DNA of 64,000 nt from Pseudomonadota bacterium (lineage in GTDB: Bacteria; Desulfobacterota; Desulfobacteria; Desulfobacterales; RPRI01). Both the position numbers and the translations under genes were made by a program. Location of the stretch: contig JBDRRF010000079.1 in assembly GCA_043825875.1 (NCBI GenBank), positions 160,001 through 224,000 of the forward strand. The letters are read 5' to 3'. This document shows positions 29,093 through 38,145 of the stretch, piece by piece (the stretch's first letter is position 1; each line of letters opens with the position of its first letter). The notes beneath the pieces were generated by a model. It worked only from the letters and a program-made list of their open reading frames with translations, searched no databases and was not told the DNA's origin.

Positions 29093-29139
29093 GAAAAGGA
29101 ATCAAGAATCAGAATAACAAATTATCCTGGGAGAACAAC

Positions 29140-30576
29140 TTGAAAATAAAACCTTTATATGCCGGAACAAAAACATTAAAAGATGTATTAACGCCGAATT
29201 TAAAGTTTAATTTGTTTTTATTTTTTATTCTTTTATCTCACATATTTTTTTTCAACCAAAACCAGGTAATGGCGGCAGATAAAACTGAAGCGAATACAAT
29301 AATCGTATCCGCCGAAGGTCTTGCCGATCCCAATGCCGATATATATAAAAGTGATAAAGGTTTGATGATAGACGATCTGCGTCGTGATGCCAGAAGACAG
29401 GTTGTTGAAAAAGCCGTAGGCACATATGTTGATAGCTCAACTCTTGTTGAAAATTACATGTTGATAAATGACAAGATTCTTACCAAAAGTAAAGGGTTGA
29501 TAAAGCGGATAATAAAAGAGACATCTCCCACACTTGGTGAAGACGGTCTCATGCACATGTTTATTAAGGCAGAAGTTTTTCTAAGTGATGTTAAAAGCGC
29601 CATAAAAACAATGTCTAAAGAAAACCGCCTTAGTCTTATTAAAGAAAGCGGTAATCCAACAATATCGGTTGCAGTGCTTGTAAGGGACTCAAAACGTGGT
29701 TCCAATACCCCACCCGAAGCATCTCCAATTGCCGAAAATGTACTTAAAGAGCATTTCGTTAAATTCGGTTACAGGGTATGGTCTGAAGATTATACAAAAA
29801 TGCTTCGTGGTGAACTTGCCAAAACAGACTCCAAACGGCGGGTTGCCGATTTTTCGGTAATAGGTGAAGCAAAATTTAAAGCAAACTCGATAACACTGAA
29901 AAGATCCGGCATTACAGTGACAAAACATATTCTCACATCATGGACTGTAAAGTGCATTAACAACCATACCGGTGAAGAAATCTATTTTAACAACAAGGTA
30001 CCGAAAAAACAGAGCTGGACTGATGAAGACGAAGCTATCCAGGCTATAGGAACATTGATCGGACAGGAATTTTCCGAAGATTTTTTTAATGACCATCTTT
30101 CCAAACCTTCACAAATCATGGAAGTGCAGCTTACCGGTTTGCCTGATTATGATACGGGAGTATTGTTAAAAAAGGAACTTATCGGACTCAGACCGATATT
30201 AAATGTCGATTTCAGAAACTTTAATGCGCAAGGTTTATCGTATTATGAGATCGATTTTGCCGGAAGCAGCAGCAATATTGCCCAGATAATAAACGCCAAT
30301 GTTTTAAAACCTATAAATGCAAAATTAGGCATTAAGGCATTCAAGCTTACTTCCCATCATGGAAATGTAGTAAATATCACGTTTAATATGGGTGAAAAAC
30401 CGGGAGCTATCCGGAACAAACTTAAAACCATGCCCCCGGCCTCCCTTTCGGCAGCCAGTCCGGAAAGAATCAAAACGGTTGTAAAAGATCCAAAGATAAT
30501 TGAAAAAATTACAGAAATGAACCCTGATATGGGTAAGAATAAAAACACCGGAACATCGGATATAGCTGATTTTTAA
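29140..30576 (+). CDS. Secreted protein with FlgT-N/LPP20-like N-terminal domain
   Basis: VSAEG...DARRQVVEKAVGTYVDSSTLVENY...DKILTKSKG pattern; hydrophobic signal region. Confidence 0.6.
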   Translation: MKIKPLYAGTKTLKDVLTPNLKFNLFLFFILLSHIFFFNQNQVMAADKTEANTIIVSAEGLADPNADIYKSDKGLMIDDLRRDARRQVVEKAVGTYVDSSTLVENYMLINDKILTKSKGLIKRIIKETSPTLGEDGLMHMFIKAEVFLSDVKSAIKTMSKENRLSLIKESGNPTISVAVLVRDSKRGSNTPPEASPIAENVLKEHFVKFGYRVWSEDYTKMLRGELAKTDSKRRVADFSVIGEAKFKANSITLKRSGITVTKHILTSWTVKCINNHTGEEIYFNNKVPKKQSWTDEDEAIQAIGTLIGQEFSEDFFNDHLSKPSQIMEVQLTGLPDYDTGVLLKKELIGLRPILNVDFRNFNAQGLSYYEIDFAGSSSNIAQIINANVLKPINAKLGIKAFKLTSHHGNVVNITFNMGEKPGAIRNKLKTMPPASLSAASPERIKTVVKDPKIIEKITEMNPDMGKNKNTGTSDIADF

Positions 30577-30616
30577 ATTAAATTTTAATAAAAAAATAGA
30601 TAAAGGAGATTCAAGA

Positions 30617-31396
30617 ATGAGAAAAATTTTGTGCTTTGTTGTATCTGTGTTTTTTATTTCAATGATGTTATTTTTATCAGGTTGTGTGCCGTCTGCAACC
30701 GGTGGCTCTGTTTTTCAGCAGGCCAATGCCGAAGCGGACGCAGTTATATATCAGCCTGTTGACTACACGAACAAATCAAAAAAAGGGCCAACACTAATAG
30801 TACTGCCGGGACAGATAAAAAGCAGTAATGCCACTTTTATTCAGAAGGTAACTTCAAACAATATAGCGGATTTTGCCGAGCTGGAACTGGGCAATGCCAA
30901 TTTCCCAGTTCTTGAGCGTTCTGATTTAGGCCCCATGTTAAATGAGATCAATCTTGCTGTTAATATGGGTGATGCAACCGCTTTGAAAAAATTTAAACGT
31001 GGTAAATTTAAATCAACAAAATGGTTCGTCAAATTTGATATTTTAAAAGCTGAACACGTTGCAGACACTACTTCAGGATTTTCAGGGCAGGCTATAGGAA
31101 GCATCTTTGATACAGTAGTAGGCGGAAAAACCGGTGATATAGGCGGAACCGTATTGTCCTCAAGCAAGACAGGCGATGCTGCCGGAATGTGGCTTGTCGG
31201 TCTGCGTTACAAAATAATGGATGCTTCAACTTCCGAACAAGTAGCTACCGGCTATATTGAGAAAAAAATGGATACCGGCAAAAAAGCGGTTTCCATGTTA
31301 GGTTTATCAGGTTCGGCTGCAAAATTGGTTACGGTAGATACTATTGTTCACCGGCTTGTCCAGGAAGCAGTTGCTGAAATTGATATGAAAAAATAA
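30617..31396 (+). CDS. CsgG/HfaB-like lipoprotein
   Basis: Lipobox LSGC; FPVLERSDLGPMLNE and VGLRYKIMDASTSE motifs; Gly-rich insert. Confidence 0.7.
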   Translation: MRKILCFVVSVFFISMMLFLSGCVPSATGGSVFQQANAEADAVIYQPVDYTNKSKKGPTLIVLPGQIKSSNATFIQKVTSNNIADFAELELGNANFPVLERSDLGPMLNEINLAVNMGDATALKKFKRGKFKSTKWFVKFDILKAEHVADTTSGFSGQAIGSIFDTVVGGKTGDIGGTVLSSSKTGDAAGMWLVGLRYKIMDASTSEQVATGYIEKKMDTGKKAVSMLGLSGSAAKLVTVDTIVHRLVQEAVAEIDMKK

Positions 31397-31431
31397 AATA
31401 TTGAATCTAAAATTGATTAAAACCCTTACGG

Positions 31432-31471
31432 TCGAAGCTCCCGGATGCTTGCATCTGGGAGCTTCAATTTT
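31432..31471 (+). terminator. Rho-independent terminator
   Basis: gaagctcccggatgc-tt-gcatctgggagcttc followed by a T-run. Confidence 0.75.
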
Positions 31472-31603
31472 GATTCGCAATTTACCGACTCTTTTTATGC
31501 TTACTTTTTAATTTTGTAAATGCGGTTATCCTGTGTTGCAGAGTTTTTGAGTTTGGTGGATTTATTTTATAGCTGCAGATTCCGATTATTACGAAATAGT
31601 CTG

Positions 31604-33874
31604 TCAGGTCAATTTAAAATCAAGCGCCTCTCTTACTGCCTTTGCAATTTCTTTTATGCGATATGGTTTTTTCACATATGCGCAGGCACCAAGTTTTAAG
31701 GCTTGCTTTACCCTTTCTGTTTCAGAAAATCCGCTACAGATTATGATCTTCTGGCTTGGATTGCTTTCAAGAATTCTTGTGCATGTTTCCAGACCGTCAA
31801 TTCCTGGCTCCATGATCATGTCAAGCAGGATAACATCGGGTGTATTGTTTTGAAGATATTCTAATGCTTTTTCTCCACTTGATACGGCTTCTAAGCTATA
31901 GCCAAGATATCCAAGCAGATTGGAAGCAACATCCTGCTGTTCTTTTACATCATCAACAACAAGAATTTTTTCTGAGCCATAATAGGATTTTAGTGAATAA
32001 TCTTTAGCTTCGATATTTATGAAATCTCTGGTTACAGGAAAGTATATGTCAAATCGGCTTCCTCCTTCTTCCCTGTTTGTAATATCTATATAAGCTTTGT
32101 GATCTTCAACGGTACCCCTGACCACTGTCATACCTAAGCCTGTACCGCTTCTTCCCATCTTCTTTTTTGTGTAAAAAGGTTCAAAAATTTTTGATCTGTC
32201 TTCAATACTAATCCCAATCCCTGTATCCGATACGCTAAGAATCACATAATCGCCTCCGGGAATATTTTGGAACCCTTCGTAAGGCTGATCCAAATGACGG
32301 TTTTGTGTAGTTACAAGCACTTCTCCTTTTCCATCCTGAATTGACTCACTGGCATTTGCCATAAGATTCATCAGGACTTTTGTAATATGGAAAAAAGAAC
32401 CCCGGTTATTAAGAAGCTCCGGATCCAAGTTCAATTCATATTTGATATTGGAATGATATTCTGTCATTTTTTCATGTTCAGGAGTCTTTAAATATTCGCT
32501 TATTATATGGTTGAGGTTAACTACTTCTTCTACAGTAACTCCTCTTCTTGCAAGCGTTAGAAGATCCTGTACGATAGCTGCGGCCTTTTCTCCGGATTTC
32601 ATTATCTGCAAAAGGGGCTCTGCCATAGGACTGCCCGGAGGCATATCAAGAAGAAGCAATTCAGGATATCCGACCAGGCCTCCAAGGATATTATTCAGAT
32701 CATGTGCCACCCCGCCGACAAGAGTGCCGATTGCTTCCATTTTTTGGGCCTGCTGAAGCTGCGTCTCGATGCGTTTCCTATTGGTGATATCTCTTGCAAA
32801 AGCGCAGCAGTATTCCTGGCCTTTAAACCGGACGTAATTAAAATTTGCTTCAATAGGAAAGAGTCTTCCTGTTTTGTCGCGCATCATGGATTCCCTGGTA
32901 ACAACTTGTTTATTCTTAAGATCTGTCCAGTGGGCGTTCCATGTGTCCCTATTAAAATTAGGAACAATAAAATTTATATTATTTAATTTAAACTCATTAA
33001 TTGTATATCCCAAAGATGCGCATGCTACATTATTAGCATAAATATATTGTCCTTCAGGGTCAACCCAGAAGGCCATGTCTCCCATATAATCAACCACATA
33101 ATTTGTAAACAAAAGAGCATTGTCTCTTTCCTGAATTTGTGCAAGCATATTGTTGAATCCGTCATAAAGCGTGCCCAGTTCATCGGAATATTTGGTATCT
33201 ACACGGACAGAATAGTCTTTTTCTGCAGATACATTTTCCATTGTATTCGAAAGTTTCAGTATGGGATCTGATATGCTTTTTTGAAGTTTAACGGAAAGGA
33301 AATAGGCCAGTACAGCGCAAACACACAGAATTGCAACGCATAAAATAATATTCCAGAATATCTGTGTATAAAGGCTTGTCATGTTTGCGCATACATAGAT
33401 ACTACCCTGATATTCTTTCTCAAAATTAATTGCTACAAACATACAGAGAAGTTTTTTGTAAAACATATATGAAGCGCCCATATAGTTGGACCACTTTGAG
33501 TCAAGCGCTAAAAACTTATTAAATTTCAAAAATTTCTCGGAGTCGGTTTTCTCTTTTATCTTGTTTTCGGGAACATATTCTGCAAATAATTTTCCGTTTC
33601 CATCAACAATACAGGCATAGCTGATGTCAGGCTCTGTTTTAAGGGCGGATAATGTTTCTGCGGCAGACTTCTTATCATTAAATATAATGGCTGCTTTACT
33701 GTTGATTCCGATAGTATTTGCAAGAGTTGATAATTTAGCAATTGCTGCGCGCCTGGATGAGATAATATTGGCTGAAATAAAACCAATAGATGCCACAATA
33801 AGCGAAATTATGCTTATAAACATAATAATGGCTATCAGTTTATGTTTTATCGATAAATCTTTGAGTAATCGCAT
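31604..33874 (-). CDS. Hybrid sensor histidine kinase (periplasmic sensor, HAMP, PAS, HisKA, HATPase, REC)
   Basis: Two TM helices, DELGTLYDGFNNM, RDITNRK, AHDLNN, DTGIG, FEPFYT, GTGLG, ILVVDD...LLD. Confidence 0.95.
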   Translation of the reverse strand: MRLLKDLSIKHKLIAIIMFISIISLIVASIGFISANIISSRRAAIAKLSTLANTIGINSKAAIIFNDKKSAAETLSALKTEPDISYACIVDGNGKLFAEYVPENKIKEKTDSEKFLKFNKFLALDSKWSNYMGASYMFYKKLLCMFVAINFEKEYQGSIYVCANMTSLYTQIFWNIILCVAILCVCAVLAYFLSVKLQKSISDPILKLSNTMENVSAEKDYSVRVDTKYSDELGTLYDGFNNMLAQIQERDNALLFTNYVVDYMGDMAFWVDPEGQYIYANNVACASLGYTINEFKLNNINFIVPNFNRDTWNAHWTDLKNKQVVTRESMMRDKTGRLFPIEANFNYVRFKGQEYCCAFARDITNRKRIETQLQQAQKMEAIGTLVGGVAHDLNNILGGLVGYPELLLLDMPPGSPMAEPLLQIMKSGEKAAAIVQDLLTLARRGVTVEEVVNLNHIISEYLKTPEHEKMTEYHSNIKYELNLDPELLNNRGSFFHITKVLMNLMANASESIQDGKGEVLVTTQNRHLDQPYEGFQNIPGGDYVILSVSDTGIGISIEDRSKIFEPFYTKKKMGRSGTGLGMTVVRGTVEDHKAYIDITNREEGGSRFDIYFPVTRDFINIEAKDYSLKSYYGSEKILVVDDVKEQQDVASNLLGYLGYSLEAVSSGEKALEYLQNNTPDVILLDMIMEPGIDGLETCTRILESNPSQKIIICSGFSETERVKQALKLGACAYVKKPYRIKEIAKAVREALDFKLT

Positions 33875-33894
33875 ATAGACCTGTTCTTCCGCAA

Positions 33895-34455
33895 TTAATA
33901 TTCAATCTTTCTTGCCAGCGATAAAAGATCCGACCTGATTTTAAGGCCGGACTTTTCTGCTGCCTTAATGTTGATATCAAAACGTATTTTATTTTCCATT
34001 CTGACAAACCCAATTATGCCGCCTTTTTCTATAAAATTATTTATATCGCTTACTGTAAGTATGTCCTTGTTTTTTAAGGCATTTAATATTGTTATAAGAT
34101 TATTTTCCTCAGAAGCACTTATGAAAATAACATGACAGCCATTAATCCGTTTTGTGTTTGACAAAGTTTTGACACGAAGTTTTTTGCCTTTTACAGTTTT
34201 ATCCTCAATAGCCATAAGTTCTTTAATAACCCGATCATCGCCAAGTATGCCTATTACAAACGGCTGATCTGTTGTATCATTAGCGGCTGATGCAGGCCAT
34301 TCAACAAATTTGGCGAAATTATAAATAAAGGCGGCCTTCAGCTTGGATTCCATGGATGAATATTCCGATGAATAACTCCAAGATATCGGAATTGCAATAG
34401 ATATTATAGGAACCATAATAATCCAACATATATATTTTATTATCCGATGTGTCAT
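33895..34455 (-). CDS. YfiR family (DUF4154) periplasmic protein
   Basis: LKAAFIYNFAKFVEWP, CHVIFI, ILTVSD, GGIIGF, RFDIN. Confidence 0.93.
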   Translation of the reverse strand: MTHRIIKYICWIIMVPIISIAIPISWSYSSEYSSMESKLKAAFIYNFAKFVEWPASAANDTTDQPFVIGILGDDRVIKELMAIEDKTVKGKKLRVKTLSNTKRINGCHVIFISASEENNLITILNALKNKDILTVSDINNFIEKGGIIGFVRMENKIRFDINIKAAEKSGLKIRSDLLSLARKIEY

Positions 34456-34527
34456 ATTATTAGCTGTGTTTTATCTTAAGATATTAAATTGGTTATGTAA
34501 AATCATTTTAATACTATACAGATGCTT

Positions 34528-36624
34528 TTAAAAATACCATGTTGCCTTAAGATAGAATGATCGCTCCACCTCGTATGTTGCAAAATTCAGATAATCTTCT
34601 TTATATTCCTGATGTTGGCTATCAAAAATATTCTGCCCCACAACAGATAACTCAAAATTTGGGGTTGGTTTCCATCCCAGACGGGTATCTATCATACAAT
34701 ATCCATCTATATTTACAGAAGATATTTCATCCACATAACGAAACCACATATCCAATTCCAGATTCATGGGAAGATCCATGGAAGATCGGAAAGAAAATTG
34801 ATGCTTCGGAACCGCGCTGTCAAAAGTTTCGCTAAGATAAGCGACTTCCGCAGATTTTGATGTCAGGTCCATAAATAGATAGGAATAAGATGGTTTGATT
34901 TTCCACCATAAAAGCGGTTTCCATTCTACAGATAGCTCAACGCCGTATGTATTTCCATAAACCTCGTTGGTAGTGTTGACGGGCAGTACAAGGTGAGGAG
35001 GAAGAGGAGAAAGTTCAAAAACTGGGGTCGTATTATAAGCGCTTGATCTGAGATGGTCATATTCATTATAGAAAGCGGCGATATCCATGGAAAGTAATTC
35101 ATTTATCTTATTGCGATACCCTATTTCGTAGGCATAAAGAGTCTCTGACTTAAAATCATCATTAGTAATATTTGATATAATCATTGGAAATCCTGATGGA
35201 TTTTGAGAAGTGCCGGGTGGAATTACAAGAAGATTAGCCCGAACATCATGTTCGGATCTTGAAGGCGTTCTCACTGCTCTTGAAAATGAAGCCCATATAG
35301 AATTATGTTTATCAGGAGTCCAGAGTGCCCGTACATTGGGCTGGAATTCAAAACCGCTGTAGTCATTGTGTTCAATTTTTGCACCGAGAGTCAGCCTGAG
35401 ATGATCTTCCACTATTGTGATATCATCCTGGACAAATGCGCTTAAAAGGTCATCAGTGCGGCTTTTCGGGTCAACAAATACCATGAAGGAAGACTTTATA
35501 TTATCTCTTATAAGCCGGTATCCAAGGCCCCATAGGAGTTCGTGCTTTTCCCATGGGAAAAACCTGTGTTGAAAATCCAGATCATATGTATCAATTGTTG
35601 GATTAAGTGCGGACTGTTGTATCCTTGTCCTGTCATAATACATTTGTAGAGCCATATCCGATTTGTTCGATAAAATCCGGCTCCATCTGAAAAGAAAATT
35701 TGTGCCATCGGATTTGGAGTCTTCATCAATAGAGTTTGAATAGGGTGGGATCAAAGATGGAACTAAGATCGTCTGACCTCCATCCGAGCGGTAATGATTC
35801 CCCTCAAACATAACGGAATCTGCTGCTGTTGGGTTCCAATCCGTTCTAAATCCCAATGTATAAATATCCCAGTCATCTGCTGCATCACGCCCTGATGATA
35901 ATTTGGATTCATCCCTGTCTGCATATTTACCAAAGACACGGTAGCAAGCATTTTCGCCAAGCGAATCACCAAAACGAAAATTCCCGAATCCTCTTTCTTC
36001 CTTTCCGGCTCCGGCGCTTACAAGCCCGCCCTTTGTATCGTAAGTGCTTTTGGTAATAATATTTATAACGCCGTTTACGGCATTTGCCCCCCACAAAGCG
36101 GCGCCGGGGCCCCGGATTACTTCTATCCTGTCAATATCTTCAAGAATGGTGTCCTGAATATCCCAGAAAACACCGGAAAAAAGAGGAGAGTACACCGAAC
36201 GTCCATCCATCAATACAAGCAGCTTGTTTGCATATCGGCTGTTGAATCCGCGTGAGGATATGGCCCATTTGTTTGCATCAATTTTGGCTACCTGTAAACC
36301 GGGAACCATGCGCAAAGCCTCGGCAATTGATGTTACCCCGGAGCGCCTTATATCTTCCTGTGTAATAACAAAAGCAGCTGCAGAGGTATTTGCGATTGTC
36401 TGGCTCTTTCTGGAACCAGTGGTAATTTCAATTTCCATGAGGTCCTGGATACTCAACTCAGTCAGGTCGGCATAAGATTTTAATTCCGAATTATATATGC
36501 CGCCAAAGACCATACCGGGCAAGAAAGATAAATAAATACTTAGCAGAACCCCAAAAATTTTATATTTTAAAGAACTGCTTGCATAATTTACCATCTTCTT
36601 GAAGGAAAAATAAATTTTTCTCAT
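34528..36624 (-). CDS. TonB-dependent receptor (YfiR-associated type)
   Basis: LSIQDLMEIEITTGSR, SIAEALRMVPG, IDRIEVIRGPGAALWGANAVNGVINIITK, C-terminal Phe. Confidence 0.95.
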   Translation of the reverse strand: MRKIYFSFKKMVNYASSSLKYKIFGVLLSIYLSFLPGMVFGGIYNSELKSYADLTELSIQDLMEIEITTGSRKSQTIANTSAAAFVITQEDIRRSGVTSIAEALRMVPGLQVAKIDANKWAISSRGFNSRYANKLLVLMDGRSVYSPLFSGVFWDIQDTILEDIDRIEVIRGPGAALWGANAVNGVINIITKSTYDTKGGLVSAGAGKEERGFGNFRFGDSLGENACYRVFGKYADRDESKLSSGRDAADDWDIYTLGFRTDWNPTAADSVMFEGNHYRSDGGQTILVPSLIPPYSNSIDEDSKSDGTNFLFRWSRILSNKSDMALQMYYDRTRIQQSALNPTIDTYDLDFQHRFFPWEKHELLWGLGYRLIRDNIKSSFMVFVDPKSRTDDLLSAFVQDDITIVEDHLRLTLGAKIEHNDYSGFEFQPNVRALWTPDKHNSIWASFSRAVRTPSRSEHDVRANLLVIPPGTSQNPSGFPMIISNITNDDFKSETLYAYEIGYRNKINELLSMDIAAFYNEYDHLRSSAYNTTPVFELSPLPPHLVLPVNTTNEVYGNTYGVELSVEWKPLLWWKIKPSYSYLFMDLTSKSAEVAYLSETFDSAVPKHQFSFRSSMDLPMNLELDMWFRYVDEISSVNIDGYCMIDTRLGWKPTPNFELSVVGQNIFDSQHQEYKEDYLNFATYEVERSFYLKATWYF

Positions 36625-36687
36625 ATAATATCCTTGCTTTACCCCAAAACAATAAACATTATCAATTTACAATAAAATCATTCTTGT

Positions 36688-36829
36688 GAGCCACTTTCAA
36701 AACGTTTCAGTTTGGTCAAGCTCAAGGCGGGCGATAATTTTAACCACAGGAATACATGGAGTATTTCGAGGATTAAAATTTGAGCCCAACGCAGAAATCG
36801 GCCAAAATGGGGCGTTTTGCAATTGGCTC
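36688..36829 (+). mobile_element. 142-bp MITE, copy 1
   Basis: TIRs GAGCCACTTTCAAAACG / CGTTTTGcAAtTGGCTC; near-identical to three other copies. Confidence 0.85.
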
Positions 36830-36848
36830 TAAGTTTTTGCATTAAAGC

Positions 36849-36864
36849 AGCAATTAATATGCCA
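36849..36864 (-). promoter_or_regulatory. sigma54 (-24/-12) promoter for the TonB receptor-YfiR-kinase operon
   Basis: Minus strand TGGCAT-ATTAA-TTGCT with exact GG-N10-GC spacing. Confidence 0.7.
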
Positions 36865-37449
36865 GCAACATAAATTGGCAAAGTATATGTAGATAATTAT
36901 TAAAATCAGAAGATAATGTTATAGTTTTTTGCAAAGCTGTAAAAATATATTCAACAAAGACTATGAAAATAAAATATCAATTCGCCAAACAATTGACACT
37001 TTAACAGATAAAACAATGGGGCATAGAACCTATATTTCTTTGTTGATATATGGGCCGCTTTTAAGTATCAAGCGGATGGATATTTTTAATTTTATATGTA
37101 CAATTAATATGAGACAAAAATAACCGGGAAAAATTTATAACTATGAGAAGAAAAACTAATACTGATTTTCTTATATAATTTTTTTATCAACATTTGCAAA
37201 TATTTTGTTGATAATATTGTTCAAAAAAGGTAGAAACTTTTTTAATATTTATTTTACTTTTTTTATCGGAAGAGTAAATTAAGGTGTTTTGTGCCGCCTG
37301 AAAGGGTGACTAAAATTATGTTTGTTCGACTTTCCCACATCAAAAAACGATCATTAAAACATAAAAAAGCTTGTATCTTTGAGATGGCCCTTTCTTCTTT
37401 ATATTGTTGAGGGCTATTATTTTATTTTCAGAGAAACCATTAAACAATA

Positions 37450-37591
37450 GAGCCACTTTCAAAACGTTTCAGTTTGGTCAAGCTCAAGGCGGGCGAAAAT
37501 TTCAACCACAGGAATACATTAAGTATTTCGAGGATTGAAATTTGAACCCAACACAGAGATCAGCCAAAATGGGGCGTTTTGAAACTGGCTC
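37450..37591 (+). mobile_element. 142-bp MITE, copy 2
   Basis: GAGCCACTTTCAAAACG...CGTTTTGAAACTGGCTC. Confidence 0.88.
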
Positions 37592-37695
37592 ACTAAATAT
37601 GTAAAGCTTATAATTATGTATAGATAGCAGATTATCAATGATCAATACTATGTTTGGATTTCTGTTGAAACAGATAATTTTAAGGAGGGGAAGTC

Positions 37696-38079
37696 ATGAA
37701 AATGAACAAAATGAAATTTGGCGGAAAAGATTTGATTGTTGACGATATCTTAAATGGTATAAGTCGTGATGTATTATATTCTTTATCTTTCGAGCAACTG
37801 GCAGAGATTAAAAAAGCTGTTGAACAAAATTTGCCGAAAAAGAAACAACATTCCATCGATGTGCATTTTTCCATCCCTCTTTTATTTAAGCGGTTCTATT
37901 TTGTTTTTTCTTCAGGACCGGATAATCGTGGGGACAAAAAACCTCCTGAAGAGATAGCTAATCTTCGTGTTAAGACTCAGCCAAGTGATGTGGCAATTGT
38001 TGTCGCAGGTTTTTTATGTATTTCCGCTTTCATGGGCACTATACTCTATAAGATCTTTCAAGTAATAGCCGCTCGTTAA
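37696..38079 (+). CDS. Hypothetical protein with C-terminal TM helix
   Basis: AGGAGG RBS; HSIDVHFSIPLLFKRFYFVF core; hydrophobic C-terminus. Confidence 0.7.
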   Translation: MKMNKMKFGGKDLIVDDILNGISRDVLYSLSFEQLAEIKKAVEQNLPKKKQHSIDVHFSIPLLFKRFYFVFSSGPDNRGDKKPPEEIANLRVKTQPSDVAIVVAGFLCISAFMGTILYKIFQVIAAR

Positions 38080-38090
38080 TTTTGCTATAT

Positions 38091-38135
38091 AAAAAAAGAC
38101 CCGAAAAGGGCTAAAACCTCTCCGGATCTTTTTTT
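38091..38135. terminator. Bidirectional terminator-like hairpin between convergent genes
   Basis: A-tract-gacccg...cggatc-T-tract. Confidence 0.55.
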
Positions 38136-38145
38136 GCTAAAAAGA

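Noticed and set aside
36678..36881. 67-aa ORF, and similar ORFs at 54762-54986 and 12096-12320
   Set aside because: Translations of the 142-bp MITE (…KRFESGS and QFQNAPFWP frames), not real genes.
36929..37123. 64-aa ORF in the AT-rich region between MITE copies
   Set aside because: TTG start, no RBS, no motif; lies in a probable regulatory region.
37261..37340. GAAA-tetraloop hairpin (gccgcctGAAAgggtgac) as a possible c-di-GMP riboswitch
   Set aside because: Lacks the GGCAAAC...GACGCAAAGC and second-stem elements of class I and the class II pseudoknot signature.
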